From IMG/VR virus record IMGVR_UViG_3300025404_000001: DNA of 64,000 bases; one strand, written 5' to 3'. The DNA comes from an uncultured virus (IMG/VR IMGVR_UViG_3300025404_000001). Taxonomy: Duplodnaviria > Heunggongvirae > Uroviricota > Caudoviricetes. Of the stretch, positions 48,741-58,025 are shown piece by piece; the first letter of the stretch is position 1; every line of letters begins with the position of its first letter. The translations under genes were made by a program, and so were the position numbers. Under the pieces are notes generated by a model. That model was not told the DNA's origin. It made no database searches and was given only the letters and a program-made list of their open reading frames with translations.

Positions 48741-48769
48741 GGGCGGCTCGAAAGGGTCGCCCTCTTTTT
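48741..48769 (+). terminator. intrinsic terminator
   Basis: GGGCGGCTC-GAAA-GGGTCGCCC-TCTTTTT. Confidence 0.7.
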
Positions 48770-48913
48770 ATGCCGAGCCGACAAAAACATCTCGACGTGG
48801 CGCTGCGGGATGCCGCGAAGTGCCTGCGCGTGGCCTCTGGCCTGTTGCGACCCGGTCAGACGCGCATCGAGACTATACTCAAATCGAAGATCGACATCGC
48901 GCTACAAGCGCTG
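48770..48913 (+). pseudogene. 5' half of a small gene split by the IS element
   Basis: MPSRQKH...IALQAL rejoins in frame with TWEQGG... after 51527. Confidence 0.5.
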
Positions 48914-48998
48914 GGTAGTGGTGCAGTTTGGTTTTCGCTGAACAATTGAGATCAGACGCCGATATGTCCATTTGGTACGATTTTACAAAGGAGAGTTG

Positions 48999-49355
48999 TT
49001 GGCAGCTCACCCGCAGACATGGATAAAGGTCAATGCGCCAGTAGATGAGGGCGTAGCGGAGATCGTTGCGATTCTCAATACAATAGATGGATTAGAGACA
49101 CTTCAAAGCTGCCAAGGCGAACCTGGCGAATGCGAAGGATATGTGTATTTTTCTTGCGGGGATTGGAAGAGTGTTTCAAGGCTTGTCTTTGAACGCATCG
49201 GGCCGGTTTTGAAGGGCCGATTGGATGAGGATGCAACCCTTGTAGTCCACGCCACCAATGCCGACGAGCCCATGGCAAAATTAAGCTTTAGGGCGGAGGC
49301 GTCCGATATGGTAGTATCCGCCCTAAAGGAAGTGTTGCGTTACGAGCGCCCGTAA
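48999..49355 (+). CDS. hypothetical passenger protein
   Basis: AAGGAG plus TTG; VDEGVAEIV..LN...LETLQSCQG. Confidence 0.65.
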   Translation: MAAHPQTWIKVNAPVDEGVAEIVAILNTIDGLETLQSCQGEPGECEGYVYFSCGDWKSVSRLVFERIGPVLKGRLDEDATLVVHATNADEPMAKLSFRAEASDMVVSALKEVLRYERP

Positions 49356-49486
49356 GTCTGGGTGCTCTCGTGGCAGGGGATGCAGAGCGCTTCACCGTTG
49401 CTTGCTACATCTTGCCCACCGGAGGCTACCGCTGTCTTGTGATGGGCGTGCCAGCGCCCGGCCACAAGTTTTGTGGGACAGCGGTA
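49340..49486 (-). pseudogene. C-terminal half of an HNH endonuclease
   Basis: RWHAHHKTAVASGGQDVASNGEALCIPCH; no start. Confidence 0.75.
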
Positions 49487-49587
49487 CTCTTTGCGACTCC
49501 CGTCATGCGGACGATGGAATTTATGCTGCTCCCTTCCACGAGGGCGGCAACCACTTGGACACGTTTTGCAGTCTAAAGCCGATTCAT
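49487..49587 (-). pseudogene. N-terminal HTH remnant of an IS1-like transposase
   Basis: MNRL*TAKRVQVVAALVEGSSINSIVRMTGVAK; TAG at codon 5, then truncated. Confidence 0.75.
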
Positions 49588-49596
49588 AATGAAATT

Positions 49597-49625
49597 ATTA
49601 TAATAAAATTATTATGCGCTGTCAA
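49597..49625 (-). promoter_or_regulatory. perfect consensus sigma70 promoter
   Basis: TTGACA-N17-TATAAT. Confidence 0.85.
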
Positions 49626-49652
49626 GAGGGGAGATAATAATTTTGTGATATT

Positions 49653-50045
49653 ATGAGCAAGTGGACGATCTTCGACTACGTCGATCCGGCGGAAGGGAAC
49701 CTATTCAGGGAATGGTCCGCCCGACTCCAGAAAAAGGAACTGGCCAAGCTGAACCAAAGGCTAGATTCGCTGGCCATTCACGGGCCGGGACTGATCCCAG
49801 GAATTCTTTCGCCTACTGGTATGCCGTCAATCTTCAAATTGAAAATCCACGGCAAGGTTCAATTGAGGCCGATGTTATGCGAAGGTCCGGGCCGGGACGA
49901 AGAGTCTTTCACTCTTCTACTTGGGGCGAAAGAGGTGTCTGACGATTACGACCCAATCGGAGCACCACTGATAGCATCACGGCTACGTGAATGCTTGATC
50001 AAAGACATGCGAAGGAGGGTATTTCATGAGCGAGTTAGTTGGTAA
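49653..50045 (+). CDS. RelE/ParE (HigB/Gp49-like) toxin
   Basis: W.IFDY.....N.FREW, IFKLKIHGKVQLRPMLC.GP; upstream of an HTH gene. Confidence 0.65.
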   Translation: MSKWTIFDYVDPAEGNLFREWSARLQKKELAKLNQRLDSLAIHGPGLIPGILSPTGMPSIFKLKIHGKVQLRPMLCEGPGRDEESFTLLLGAKEVSDDYDPIGAPLIASRLRECLIKDMRRRVFHERVSW

Positions 50046-50592
50046 ATTACGTTCCGAATTTCAAGATGAGGAATACAGGCATTCATACGCTGAAGAGTGC
50101 CTGAACACGATGATTGCAACCCAAATCAAGGTGCTGAGAGAGCAAAGAGAAATGACGCAATCTACCTTAGCTAAAAAAGCTGAGATGCTCCAGCCGCGCC
50201 TCTCCGTGATGGAGAACGCAGATTACTCAAGTTGGAGTGTAAGCACTCTAAAGAGATTGGCGCGGGCGTTCGATCTAGCTATTACGGTGAAGTTCGAGGA
50301 GTTCTCGGAAGTGGTGCTCGATTTTGAGGAGATGAGTAAGGAGACACTTTCGCGTCTTTCGTTCAAAGATGATCCGATGTTTCGATCTGCAAAAGTGAAG
50401 ACTCATCGAGCTTTCCGTCGGAGACGGTATTCAGAATCCGACAGGCAAACAGCCGAGGGCCTACAAATGAATAGCCCATTCATGGGGCAGGTGGTTGAAT
50501 TGCCTCATCCTGTTTCCAGAAACAATGCGGAGTACTCCCAAAATCTAGTAAGAGAGGATTCAAATGAATCTTGCGTCGGTATCGCTGGCTAG
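50026..50592 (+). CDS. XRE/HigA-like antitoxin with long C-terminal extension
   Basis: QIKVLREQREMTQSTLAKKAEMLQPRLSVME...TLKRLARAF. Confidence 0.8.
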   Translation: MSELVGKLRSEFQDEEYRHSYAEECLNTMIATQIKVLREQREMTQSTLAKKAEMLQPRLSVMENADYSSWSVSTLKRLARAFDLAITVKFEEFSEVVLDFEEMSKETLSRLSFKDDPMFRSAKVKTHRAFRRRRYSESDRQTAEGLQMNSPFMGQVVELPHPVSRNNAEYSQNLVREDSNESCVGIAG

Positions 50593-51223
50593 ATATTACG
50601 GATTGGTTCAAATCGAGGATCTGAATCTTGGGGGAACCGTCTATCTCCCCGAGGTCGGAGCTGCACTGGTTCAACGATACGGGTTTCTAAAATATCCCAC
50701 CAAGCCTGAAGAGTTTAACGAAGGCAAGGGAATTGAATTCTTGAATGGCCGCTTGGGTAAACGTGTAATCGATAAGCTCATGATCATCGATAGCGGGGTG
50801 TACCTCGATACGCAAATCGATACAGCGGCATCGGAAGAACTTTGGTATGAACTGATGAACTGGGCGGTAGAGACATTCGGTGTCACGTTTAAAAGGGAAA
50901 TGGTGAAGCACGCTGCCTATGTAAGCACCGTCACGTTCTTTTCGGATGCTCCTATGCTGAAGTTGAATTCGATATTTGACGAGATTGGATCTGTCGTGAC
51001 TTCTGAAGTGGAAAGAAATTTCGGGCGGAAACTAGAATATCAGCCGGCGGTGGTGAGCATTACCTATGACCAACTTCTAACGAAGTTTGGAACTGCAGCA
51101 TTCACAGTGCAAAGAAGAGAGGGCGTGTCATTTGGAGATGGGAAATATTTCTCTACCGCCCCTGTAAAGACAGAAATCCATCTTGAACTATTGGAGAAAT
51201 GGGAGAGGGCCGTGGCTCACTAG
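50564..51223 (+). CDS. third, coupled gene of the TA operon, function unknown
   Basis: 219 aa alpha/beta; overlaps the antitoxin end. Confidence 0.75.
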   Translation: MNLASVSLARYYGLVQIEDLNLGGTVYLPEVGAALVQRYGFLKYPTKPEEFNEGKGIEFLNGRLGKRVIDKLMIIDSGVYLDTQIDTAASEELWYELMNWAVETFGVTFKREMVKHAAYVSTVTFFSDAPMLKLNSIFDEIGSVVTSEVERNFGRKLEYQPAVVSITYDQLLTKFGTAAFTVQRREGVSFGDGKYFSTAPVKTEIHLELLEKWERAVAH

Positions 51224-51453
51224 AGACGATTCGTCGCTTCTGTAACGATCCGCGCGGCGGCCTGGTTCACGTCCTCTTTGATAAGATGAATTGCGCTAAA
51301 CGGGATGCCTTGCAAATGGATTGCTGCATTGCTTTCCAATTTGAGAACGGCAACGCCCCCGGTTTCATCGACGCTACCGATGACGTATACGCTCTTTCCG
51401 TGTCCGTCTACTAAGTTCTTTTCGCCTATGCGTGGAACGCGTGGAGATGTCAT
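51220..51453 (-). CDS. hypothetical passenger protein
   Basis: 77-aa ORF. Confidence 0.55.
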   Translation of the reverse strand: MTSPRVPRIGEKNLVDGHGKSVYVIGSVDETGGVAVLKLESNAAIHLQGIPFSAIHLIKEDVNQAAARIVTEATNRL

Positions 51454-51540
51454 GCCTTAATCATCCCACCGCCAGACCAAACGCGCTAGACCTGTGGAAA
51501 TCCAAACTGCACCACTACCAAGCGCTGACATGGGAGCAAG

Positions 51541-52077
51541 GTGGCAAACTGGAAGACGTGTTACGACTTCATGATGCAGAACGAAGACTCGCGCCGCGAG
51601 CACGCGATAGAGCCGGACGCGGGCGGGCAGGCGATCAGCGGGATTAACTCGGCTGCGTTTCCGCTTCAGTTCGCCAAGATAGCGGCGCTTCCCCAGGCCG
51701 AGCGCGGGCCGGAGGTTGAGGCTTTCTACAGCGCGGCGTTCTGGAACCTATGGTTTGACAAGATCGATAGCGATGAAGTCGCAAAGCGCGTGTTTGACGC
51801 TGTGGTAAATATAGGAATCGTGCCGGCGGTGAAGTGCCTGCAGATCGCGATTAACAGCCTAAAGAGGAAAGATCCTTCCGGTCTGCCTGCGGAGATGATG
51901 ATTGATCAGGATGGTCATTGGGGTCCAGATACCGTCTCTCATGCGAACTACGCGCCACCGGACCAGCTCGTATCTGCTTTCCGCACCGCCCGAGAGGCCC
52001 ACTACCGCGCTATCGTCGCCGCGCATCCTGAGAAGGCGGTCTACCTCGACGCTTGGCTGGCGCGGGCGAGGAAGTAG
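51541..52077 (+). CDS. endolysin, glycoside hydrolase 108 family with peptidoglycan-binding domain
   Basis: NE...DAGG...GIN, FY...FW, VFDAVVN.G, DGHWGPDT, YLDAWLAR. Confidence 0.85.
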   Translation: MANWKTCYDFMMQNEDSRREHAIEPDAGGQAISGINSAAFPLQFAKIAALPQAERGPEVEAFYSAAFWNLWFDKIDSDEVAKRVFDAVVNIGIVPAVKCLQIAINSLKRKDPSGLPAEMMIDQDGHWGPDTVSHANYAPPDQLVSAFRTAREAHYRAIVAAHPEKAVYLDAWLARARK

Positions 52078-52214
52078 ACTATGCGGCTTCTTCGTATGCG
52101 TCCATTGAATCAGTAAGGTAGCAGGACCCATTGCCACGCTTCATATTGGCCCTTGCGGCCAAACTGAGCGCCACACGCCGAAGCCAAATCCTCCGAACCA
52201 CCATATAGCCCAAA

Positions 52215-53105
52215 TCACTTCTGCTCCTTTGCTAGTTCGGCGCACAACCCAGCGGCAGATGCTTGAGCTTTGTATTCCGTGTCCAAGGTCGCCCACCACT
52301 TTCCGTCAAGCACTACAATCCAAGACTGTCCGCTTTGTTCCACTATCACGCGCTCCACCGGCTTGCGCGGCGCGGTGAGACGGGCGCAAAGTTCATCTGT
52401 TATATCCTGAGAACAATTTATACCCACATGATTCGAGCGTAGTACTTCTTGCAGAGACTCCCGCACAGCATCTAGTGTGACCATGCCGGCGGTGGCGACC
52501 TTCGTTCTCGGACAAGGATCCGTTTGCGTGTTCTCTATCCGCTTCGCCGCTCGCCGTCCAATCGCCATCTCAGCGATTGCTATCGGATCCGACAAACCTT
52601 GATACTCTCTGTGGTCGCGTATGGCCATTAGGGCGGAGATTAGGGGGTCGAGCATAACTGGTTTAGGTGTCTCCTGCGGCTCTGGCGCTTCCTCTCCTGT
52701 CGCGTAGGCGATTTCCTGGTCAGTGAGCGCGGTTTTCTGCGGGCTGTGTGTTGGGCAGAAGCCTTTGCCGTCGCTATCACCACACACTGAGCACGGGCCG
52801 TTTGTCTGCGGCTGCGCGATGCGGCGGGATAACACGCCGCGTACTGCTTCTCGTATATCACCAATGAGTTGGTTGCGCGATTCTTTTGGACCCCAGCTAC
52901 ACAAGTCCTGAAAACGATTGATGCGCGCGCATACCTCATCCGTCAGTGTGGTCGGCTGGGGTTGCCGAACTACTGTGAAGCTCACCGAGTTAAATTTCTT
53001 GTCGGGGAATTCCTTGACCGTCAGCAATTGACGAGGATCGTCGTTTCCTCCCCAATTTACTTGTGCGTCGTCTGCTCCGTTGAAAATCACTTTAGTAACT
53101 TCCAT
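52215..53105 (-). CDS. mosaic hypothetical protein
   Basis: SD GGAGG; modular with CSVC...C..H. Confidence 0.65.
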   Translation of the reverse strand: MEVTKVIFNGADDAQVNWGGNDDPRQLLTVKEFPDKKFNSVSFTVVRQPQPTTLTDEVCARINRFQDLCSWGPKESRNQLIGDIREAVRGVLSRRIAQPQTNGPCSVCGDSDGKGFCPTHSPQKTALTDQEIAYATGEEAPEPQETPKPVMLDPLISALMAIRDHREYQGLSDPIAIAEMAIGRRAAKRIENTQTDPCPRTKVATAGMVTLDAVRESLQEVLRSNHVGINCSQDITDELCARLTAPRKPVERVIVEQSGQSWIVVLDGKWWATLDTEYKAQASAAGLCAELAKEQK

Positions 53106-53248
53106 CTCATCCTCCTGCCGCATCGCGCGGCGGTTACGGTCCTGGTCAGGACACAGCTATCGGCAAGACCTCAACAAAAACGGCGCGATAAACAGAGTAA
53201 GAAGACCTATAGCTATCGCGACAATCCCGGAGTAATTATCAGTTTTGC

Positions 53249-53695
53249 TCACAACCCCTCCTTGTCCCGCGCCTCTGCGACCGGGGGCGCGAATCCGAAC
53301 TGCCGCAATTCATGTTTCAAACGCTCCACCTGGGCCTTCAGTGCGGAGTAAGTCGGTGCGTTAACCACCCCACCAAGGACCTCGTCGCGCAACTGTTTCG
53401 CGCACTCGCCAGCATCCAGAGCGCCGAGTTCATTAGCGAAGAGTTCAATCCGTTCCTTCAGCGCCCCCACCTGAGCCTCTGCTCGCTCAAGCTCATTTTC
53501 CAAATCGCAGGTGTGACAGGAAGGAACCGCGCCAATTTCTGTGCAAGCGTGGCAAAGGCACTCCACATGCCAATCCTTACCACAAACACCTTTGTTCTTC
53601 TTAGCCATCTCCGCGAGGTAGTCGGTGTGCTTGACCCAAGGACCACCCTCATCGAACTGCTGCAATGAATCATAACGCTGTATCATCCCCGCCAC
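53249..53695 (-). CDS. Ead/Ea22-like hypothetical protein
   Basis: IQRYD...GPWVKHTDY, coiled coils. Confidence 0.6.
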   Translation of the reverse strand: MAGMIQRYDSLQQFDEGGPWVKHTDYLAEMAKKNKGVCGKDWHVECLCHACTEIGAVPSCHTCDLENELERAEAQVGALKERIELFANELGALDAGECAKQLRDEVLGGVVNAPTYSALKAQVERLKHELRQFGFAPPVAEARDKEGL

Positions 53696-54045
53696 CCCTT
53701 CCGTAACTCGGCCAGCCGCGCCTGCTCGTGCACGAGGACTCTAGCTTGCCAGCAGCGCCGCCTGATGCATTCAACATGATCAAGGCATTCGCGGTGCGAT
53801 AGTAAATCTTCGAGTTGCTTTATGTTCTCCCCCCCCTGCCGAATCTCTTCCTCGCGCTCGACGGTGAAGTCGTAGGCGGCTTGCCAACACTCGTTCGCAG
53901 TCTCCTTGATGAACCGCTTGCCGGTGCCAAGAAGATACAGGCACCACTCGCCGTCGAAGTCTACTGTCGTCGGTTGTGTGCTTACCACCCGCTCCCAACG
54001 CTCCCGCACATACTCTTCCATCTCGCGCACACTTAGATCGGCCAT
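53683..54045 (-). CDS. hypothetical protein
   Basis: coupled ORF. Confidence 0.65.
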   Translation of the reverse strand: MADLSVREMEEYVRERWERVVSTQPTTVDFDGEWCLYLLGTGKRFIKETANECWQAAYDFTVEREEEIRQGGENIKQLEDLLSHRECLDHVECIRRRCWQARVLVHEQARLAELRKGWRG

Positions 54046-54059
54046 CACTTCACCGCCCC

Positions 54060-54287
54060 TCACTGCTCAAACCAGTTCACCAGCCATCCCAACGCAGGCA
54101 GGATCACGAACACAACGAACAAACACGCCAACGCGAAAACGCACCGCCGCGCCCAGACCGGCCACGGCCTGTCCTCGCCCTCCACGCCGTCGTCGCTCAA
54201 TCCCACCTCGCGCAATGGATCGGGCTCAGTGTCAACGTCATATTCCCTGTGTTGCCACGCTGCGTCTTGATGCTCTCTAGGTGTCAT
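54060..54287 (-). CDS. small membrane protein
   Basis: C-terminal TM helix. Confidence 0.6.
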   Translation of the reverse strand: MTPREHQDAAWQHREYDVDTEPDPLREVGLSDDGVEGEDRPWPVWARRCVFALACLFVVFVILPALGWLVNWFEQ

Positions 54288-54498
54288 TGCTTTTCTCTTT
54301 CAGCGCCTTGGTCGATAGTTTGACCGTAGGCGCATGAATTGTGTTCATCAACTCAGCCCTTCAATTCTGCGCTACCACACGTCCTGCCGAAACTGCTGCG
54401 GGCGCCTACACCCTTCCAGTGATCGGTAGGCTTGCATCATTTTCCGGCCTGCACCGGCCCGAGTCATAAACCTGAATAGTGGACTCGGATGGAAGAAA

Positions 54499-54837
54499 TT
54501 ACTGGCTAGCCGCTCGATCGCGTGCTGGTATTTGGCCTGGCTTGGCCGGCCACGTTGCTTTTTCTGGTGCATTGCGATTGCCCTCGCATAGTGGTTGCTT
54601 TGCTCGACCTGCCTGCGCCTGCTCGACCCTGACCCAGCGCAACTCATACCCCAGAGCCCGCGCTACCTTCGCGCTCATCCGCTGCCCGCCATACAACATT
54701 CCCTGCACGTACTCGTGTGTGAAACCTACGCGCCTTGCGAACCTGACCACTCCGCCATACCCCTTGGTAGCGGCGCAAAGAGCCGTGTGCACTTCACCTT
54801 CGTTGACGGCTTCGCGAACGGAATAACCGTGAGGCAT
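54499..54837 (-). CDS. Cro-like HTH protein
   Basis: GGVVRFARRVGFTHEYVQGMLYG...VARALG. Confidence 0.6.
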   Translation of the reverse strand: MPHGYSVREAVNEGEVHTALCAATKGYGGVVRFARRVGFTHEYVQGMLYGGQRMSAKVARALGYELRWVRVEQAQAGRAKQPLCEGNRNAPEKATWPAKPGQIPARDRAASQ

Positions 54838-54843
54838 GGCTGG

Positions 54844-55059
54844 TTATATCTCGGATGTGGGTTGTACGGGTGAGGATGTGAGTGCAGACGACGAGGGCGG
54901 CGCGGATGCGGACATGAGCGCAGTCGTCTTACCTGGCTCCCCCGGCTCAAAGTTACCATCCGGGTTATGCTTGCCTGCATGCCCTCTCTCGCGCATGCAG
55001 TAAGTGTTATGACGGTGATTAGAATCGAACCACACCAGTTCCTGACAAAGTTTGAACAT
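54844..55059 (-). CDS. small Cys/His protein
   Basis: C...CMRERGHAGKH. Confidence 0.55.
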   Translation of the reverse strand: MFKLCQELVWFDSNHRHNTYCMRERGHAGKHNPDGNFEPGEPGKTTALMSASAPPSSSALTSSPVQPTSEI

Positions 55060-55289
55060 TACTGTCCCTCCCAACGTGCGCGTGCCTCAGGTGTGTCGTG
55101 AATGAATCCGAGGACGGCTAGAAGCTCGGAGCAAAGGCTACTCTTTTTATCGCCTTGCGCCACAGCGATCAATTCTCCCAGTCGCTTGATCTCTGCCTCG
55201 CGTTCTGCTTGGAGGTCAACAACCTCTTTGCGCGAGCCGGTGGACATCGTAGTGAACTCAGTTGATGACAGCATAAAGTGTTCCTCCAT
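55059..55289 (-). CDS. hypothetical protein
   Basis: coupled ORF. Confidence 0.55.
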   Translation of the reverse strand: MEEHFMLSSTEFTTMSTGSRKEVVDLQAEREAEIKRLGELIAVAQGDKKSSLCSELLAVLGFIHDTPEARARWEGQ

Positions 55290-55587
55290 TTATTCCCGCG
55301 GCTCCCGCTTCAAGAACCGGGCCACGCGCGGAAGGTTCGCCAGAACCCTTACTCGTAGCCCGGCTCCTCGTCGCAGCCGTCAACCTTCCCAAGCGGGGAG
55401 TTGAGGTCCGGGCAAGACCTGCGCTCGGAGAGATCGTCGTTCCGCCCCGTGGGCACGCGGAGGGGCTGCGAAGCCTGTTCGTAAACAGTCTGCCAAAACC
55501 ACTAGTCCGTTCATCAAGTTTTCCGTTGCCTTCGGTCCGCTCGATAGGTTGTTTACCCGGCTCTGTTATCCCTAGTGATTCTGACAT
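55258..55587 (-). CDS. hypothetical low-complexity ORF, leaderless
   Basis: ATG 6 nt after the -10 box. Confidence 0.35.
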   Translation of the reverse strand: MSESLGITEPGKQPIERTEGNGKLDERTSGFGRLFTNRLRSPSACPRGGTTISPSAGLARTSTPRLGRLTAATRSRATSKGSGEPSARGPVLEAGAAGINGGTLYAVIN

Positions 55588-55593
55588 ACCACC

Positions 55594-55622
55594 AACCTAC
55601 ACCCATTTCTTTCTCTTGTCAA
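55594..55622 (-). promoter_or_regulatory. promoter
   Basis: TTGACA-N17-TAGGTT with extended TG. Confidence 0.7.
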
Positions 55623-55662
55623 CCCCCAGAACGTCTTCGATACTGATTTTATTTGCAAACTT

Positions 55663-55866
55663 TCATTTCTTTGTTCTCGGCCTGACAAATTCCGCGGCGA
55701 TTCGCCGATCCAATTCGTACTGTTTTACATCCGACACGCAGTACACCACTCGCCGCCCGAGTTTGATATAAGGGCAGCCTTTCCTTTGGTTCCGCAGATT
55801 CGCAAGGTAACCGACGCTGGTGTGCCATCTAGCGGCGAGTTGCTCGGGTGTAATCATTCGGTCCAC
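55663..55866 (-). CDS. excisionase/AlpA-like HTH protein
   Basis: ITPEQLAARW...LANLR...G.PYIKLGRRVVY. Confidence 0.8.
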   Translation of the reverse strand: MDRMITPEQLAARWHTSVGYLANLRNQRKGCPYIKLGRRVVYCVSDVKQYELDRRIAAEFVRPRTKK

Positions 55867-58025
55867 GGCACACCTCCTCCGATATACTTATCAAACTCTC
55901 GTCGCAGGTCGTCGAGTGGAACTTTGAAATGCGCGTAGCTCGTATCGCTTTCCGTCATTCGCGCGCTGATCTTTCTCTTCTTGAAACTCGGAGCCATCTG
56001 GCAGAGTATCTTTCCGAAGTTCACGTCGTTAGGCAACCGGCCTTTGATGTTACGATTGCCAACCCAACGGCGAAGCGCGTCTCGCAATCTGTTGGTTGGT
56101 ATTGACTCCGGCCACTCTCCTCCCCAGTCTCCGCCGGCGATCGTGCCTGCTGCTAGGGTGTCGTACCACCATTGAGGTACGGGTTCTAAAGATGAGATCT
56201 TCTGGGATACGAGGCCAACCGTATTGGGAGCCAGATTCACATCCTGGGTGATTTTGTAATCCATCAGATAACGGAGCAGATAAGCCGCTCCTCCCTGTTC
56301 GTCGAGACCGAGGCGCATCTCCTCGAAATACTTCCGGTCCTGTTTCCTGCCTTCACCGACCTCAAAAACCGCCCAACGGCGCTCGTCAGCGCTCGCCGGC
56401 ACAAGCCATTCCTCATTGCCGATCACAACCACTCTGGTCAAGTTCCGAACCGTATACGACTCCTTACCTTTCGGCTCGATCAAATGCTCTTCACCTGTCA
56501 CCAGATCCTTAACTACACCTTCGGCCTCTTTATCTCCGCTCCAGAACGCTTCGTCAAGAATGAACAGCAATGTCTTCTGCAAATGCCCGGTAAAGTTGCT
56601 GACAAGGTATCGGCGCCGCGCCGTGGTCATGGCGTGACCACCGAGCAGCTTGCTAATCCTTTCAACACAGGCGTTTTTACCCACACCTTTCCCGCCGCGG
56701 AAGACGATCGCCACTAAGGGCTTCTCAAAAGGCCGTTGAATTAAATGAGCGAACCAACAAGTTAACCAATCGGCCAATTTCTTATCTCGGCCGCAAACAT
56801 TCTCAAGGACGTGTTCTTTCCATCGCTCAACCATCGGATGATCCCCGGTATCCGCTGGGTTGACGGCAAAACCGCGCCACATGTTGAACCAGCGGGCGCC
56901 GACATCCAAACCCGGTTCAAAAACCAGACCGTCGAAACTTCGTCTCCCGAGCCACTCCATCCACATCTGAGCGGTAGGCTTGGTCTTGTCTCCGACCTGC
57001 ATCTTGTTGGCTGCGTGAAGGTCTAAAAACGACTGCTTGCTCATCAAATGAAACGCGTAGTCGCCCTTACGATCAGTGGTCTCCCACAAAATGTTTCCGG
57101 TACCTCCAGCGAAGACGAACGCAAAACTCTGATTAAGTTTATCGAAAGGGTGGAGTTTGTCCTCGATTGATTTGACTTCTTCAATCGGAGGAAAAACCGC
57201 CTCTGGAGCGGCAATGCCCGCGGGATCTTTTCCATACTTGAACGCGTTGCGAACTTTTGTTTCGAGTTCTTCCTGGCTCCAAGGAGGAGAACACCGTTCG
57301 TTCCATGAAGTCATCAGCTCAAGAGTCTGGTCGACGTCGCATCCGAAGTCTTTCAAATGTGCGGCAACTTTGTATGTCTCGGCATCTCCCCCCTGGCCTT
57401 CGGTTGCCGTGGGAGCGTAAGATGCAAGCCACGCGGCGGCGCGCTGCGCGGCCCGGCCGGGCTCGATACCAGTAAGAGGCTTAGAAGCGGTGCTAACGTG
57501 ATTGCGGGCGGCGCCAAGCCGTCGAACAAGCCACTCAGGAGCTGGTGCGATGTGGGCTTTGTGAGAGATGATGTACTCTTTGCCGTCAATGTTTGATCCC
57601 GGCCCCAAAACATATCCGCCTCTACTGCGGATGTCTAGTCCGTTCCCCAAGGTGTCGGTCCCTTGCCTCAACGCTTTGGGAACCCGATAGTAGAGATGCC
57701 GGCCCTTCGACGGCGTGGTAATTTCAAAAGTCTCCGGCAGCTCGAAGCCATCCATCTCCAATTTAAGGAGGCTGATATCACCTCTCTTTTTGGCTTTCAC
57801 ATCGACATCCACCACCACCAGCGCCTCATTTTCTCCAAAATGAGTTGTGGAGATGCCAACATTTTTCGGCTGGCCGTTCCACCAAGCTTCGACTTGCGCT
57901 GGGTCTGTAGTCGCGCGGTTGGGAAAGTCTTTAATTGCTGGAAGCTTGGAATTTACAGCGCACGGAAAAACATGGAGGCCTCCAGCAGCCAGGCGGAGCG
58001 CGAATTCTGATTGAGGAGTTGACAC
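55854..58025 (-). CDS. bifunctional primase-polymerase fused to SF3 (D5/DUF5906-like) helicase
   Basis: VFPC, VVDVD, TPSKGRHLYY, DIRSRGGYV; GGKGVGKN, ILDEA, ERRW. Confidence 0.9.
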   Translation of the reverse strand: MSTPQSEFALRLAAGGLHVFPCAVNSKLPAIKDFPNRATTDPAQVEAWWNGQPKNVGISTTHFGENEALVVVDVDVKAKKRGDISLLKLEMDGFELPETFEITTPSKGRHLYYRVPKALRQGTDTLGNGLDIRSRGGYVLGPGSNIDGKEYIISHKAHIAPAPEWLVRRLGAARNHVSTASKPLTGIEPGRAAQRAAAWLASYAPTATEGQGGDAETYKVAAHLKDFGCDVDQTLELMTSWNERCSPPWSQEELETKVRNAFKYGKDPAGIAAPEAVFPPIEEVKSIEDKLHPFDKLNQSFAFVFAGGTGNILWETTDRKGDYAFHLMSKQSFLDLHAANKMQVGDKTKPTAQMWMEWLGRRSFDGLVFEPGLDVGARWFNMWRGFAVNPADTGDHPMVERWKEHVLENVCGRDKKLADWLTCWFAHLIQRPFEKPLVAIVFRGGKGVGKNACVERISKLLGGHAMTTARRRYLVSNFTGHLQKTLLFILDEAFWSGDKEAEGVVKDLVTGEEHLIEPKGKESYTVRNLTRVVVIGNEEWLVPASADERRWAVFEVGEGRKQDRKYFEEMRLGLDEQGGAAYLLRYLMDYKITQDVNLAPNTVGLVSQKISSLEPVPQWWYDTLAAGTIAGGDWGGEWPESIPTNRLRDALRRWVGNRNIKGRLPNDVNFGKILCQMAPSFKKRKISARMTESDTSYAHFKVPLDDLRREFDKYIGGGVPWTE

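Larger units (their letters stand above)
48914..51519. mobile_element. non-autonomous IS1-family-like transporter element, 2606 bp
   Basis: TIR GGTAGTGGTGCAGTTTGG at 48914 and its reverse complement ending 51519; TSD AAGCGCTG at 48906-48913 and 51520-51527. Confidence 0.9.

Noticed and set aside
55620..55663. Chimeric junction between two phages
   Set aside because: Same strand and complementary gene content, with no att site or duplication visible; cannot be fully excluded without reads
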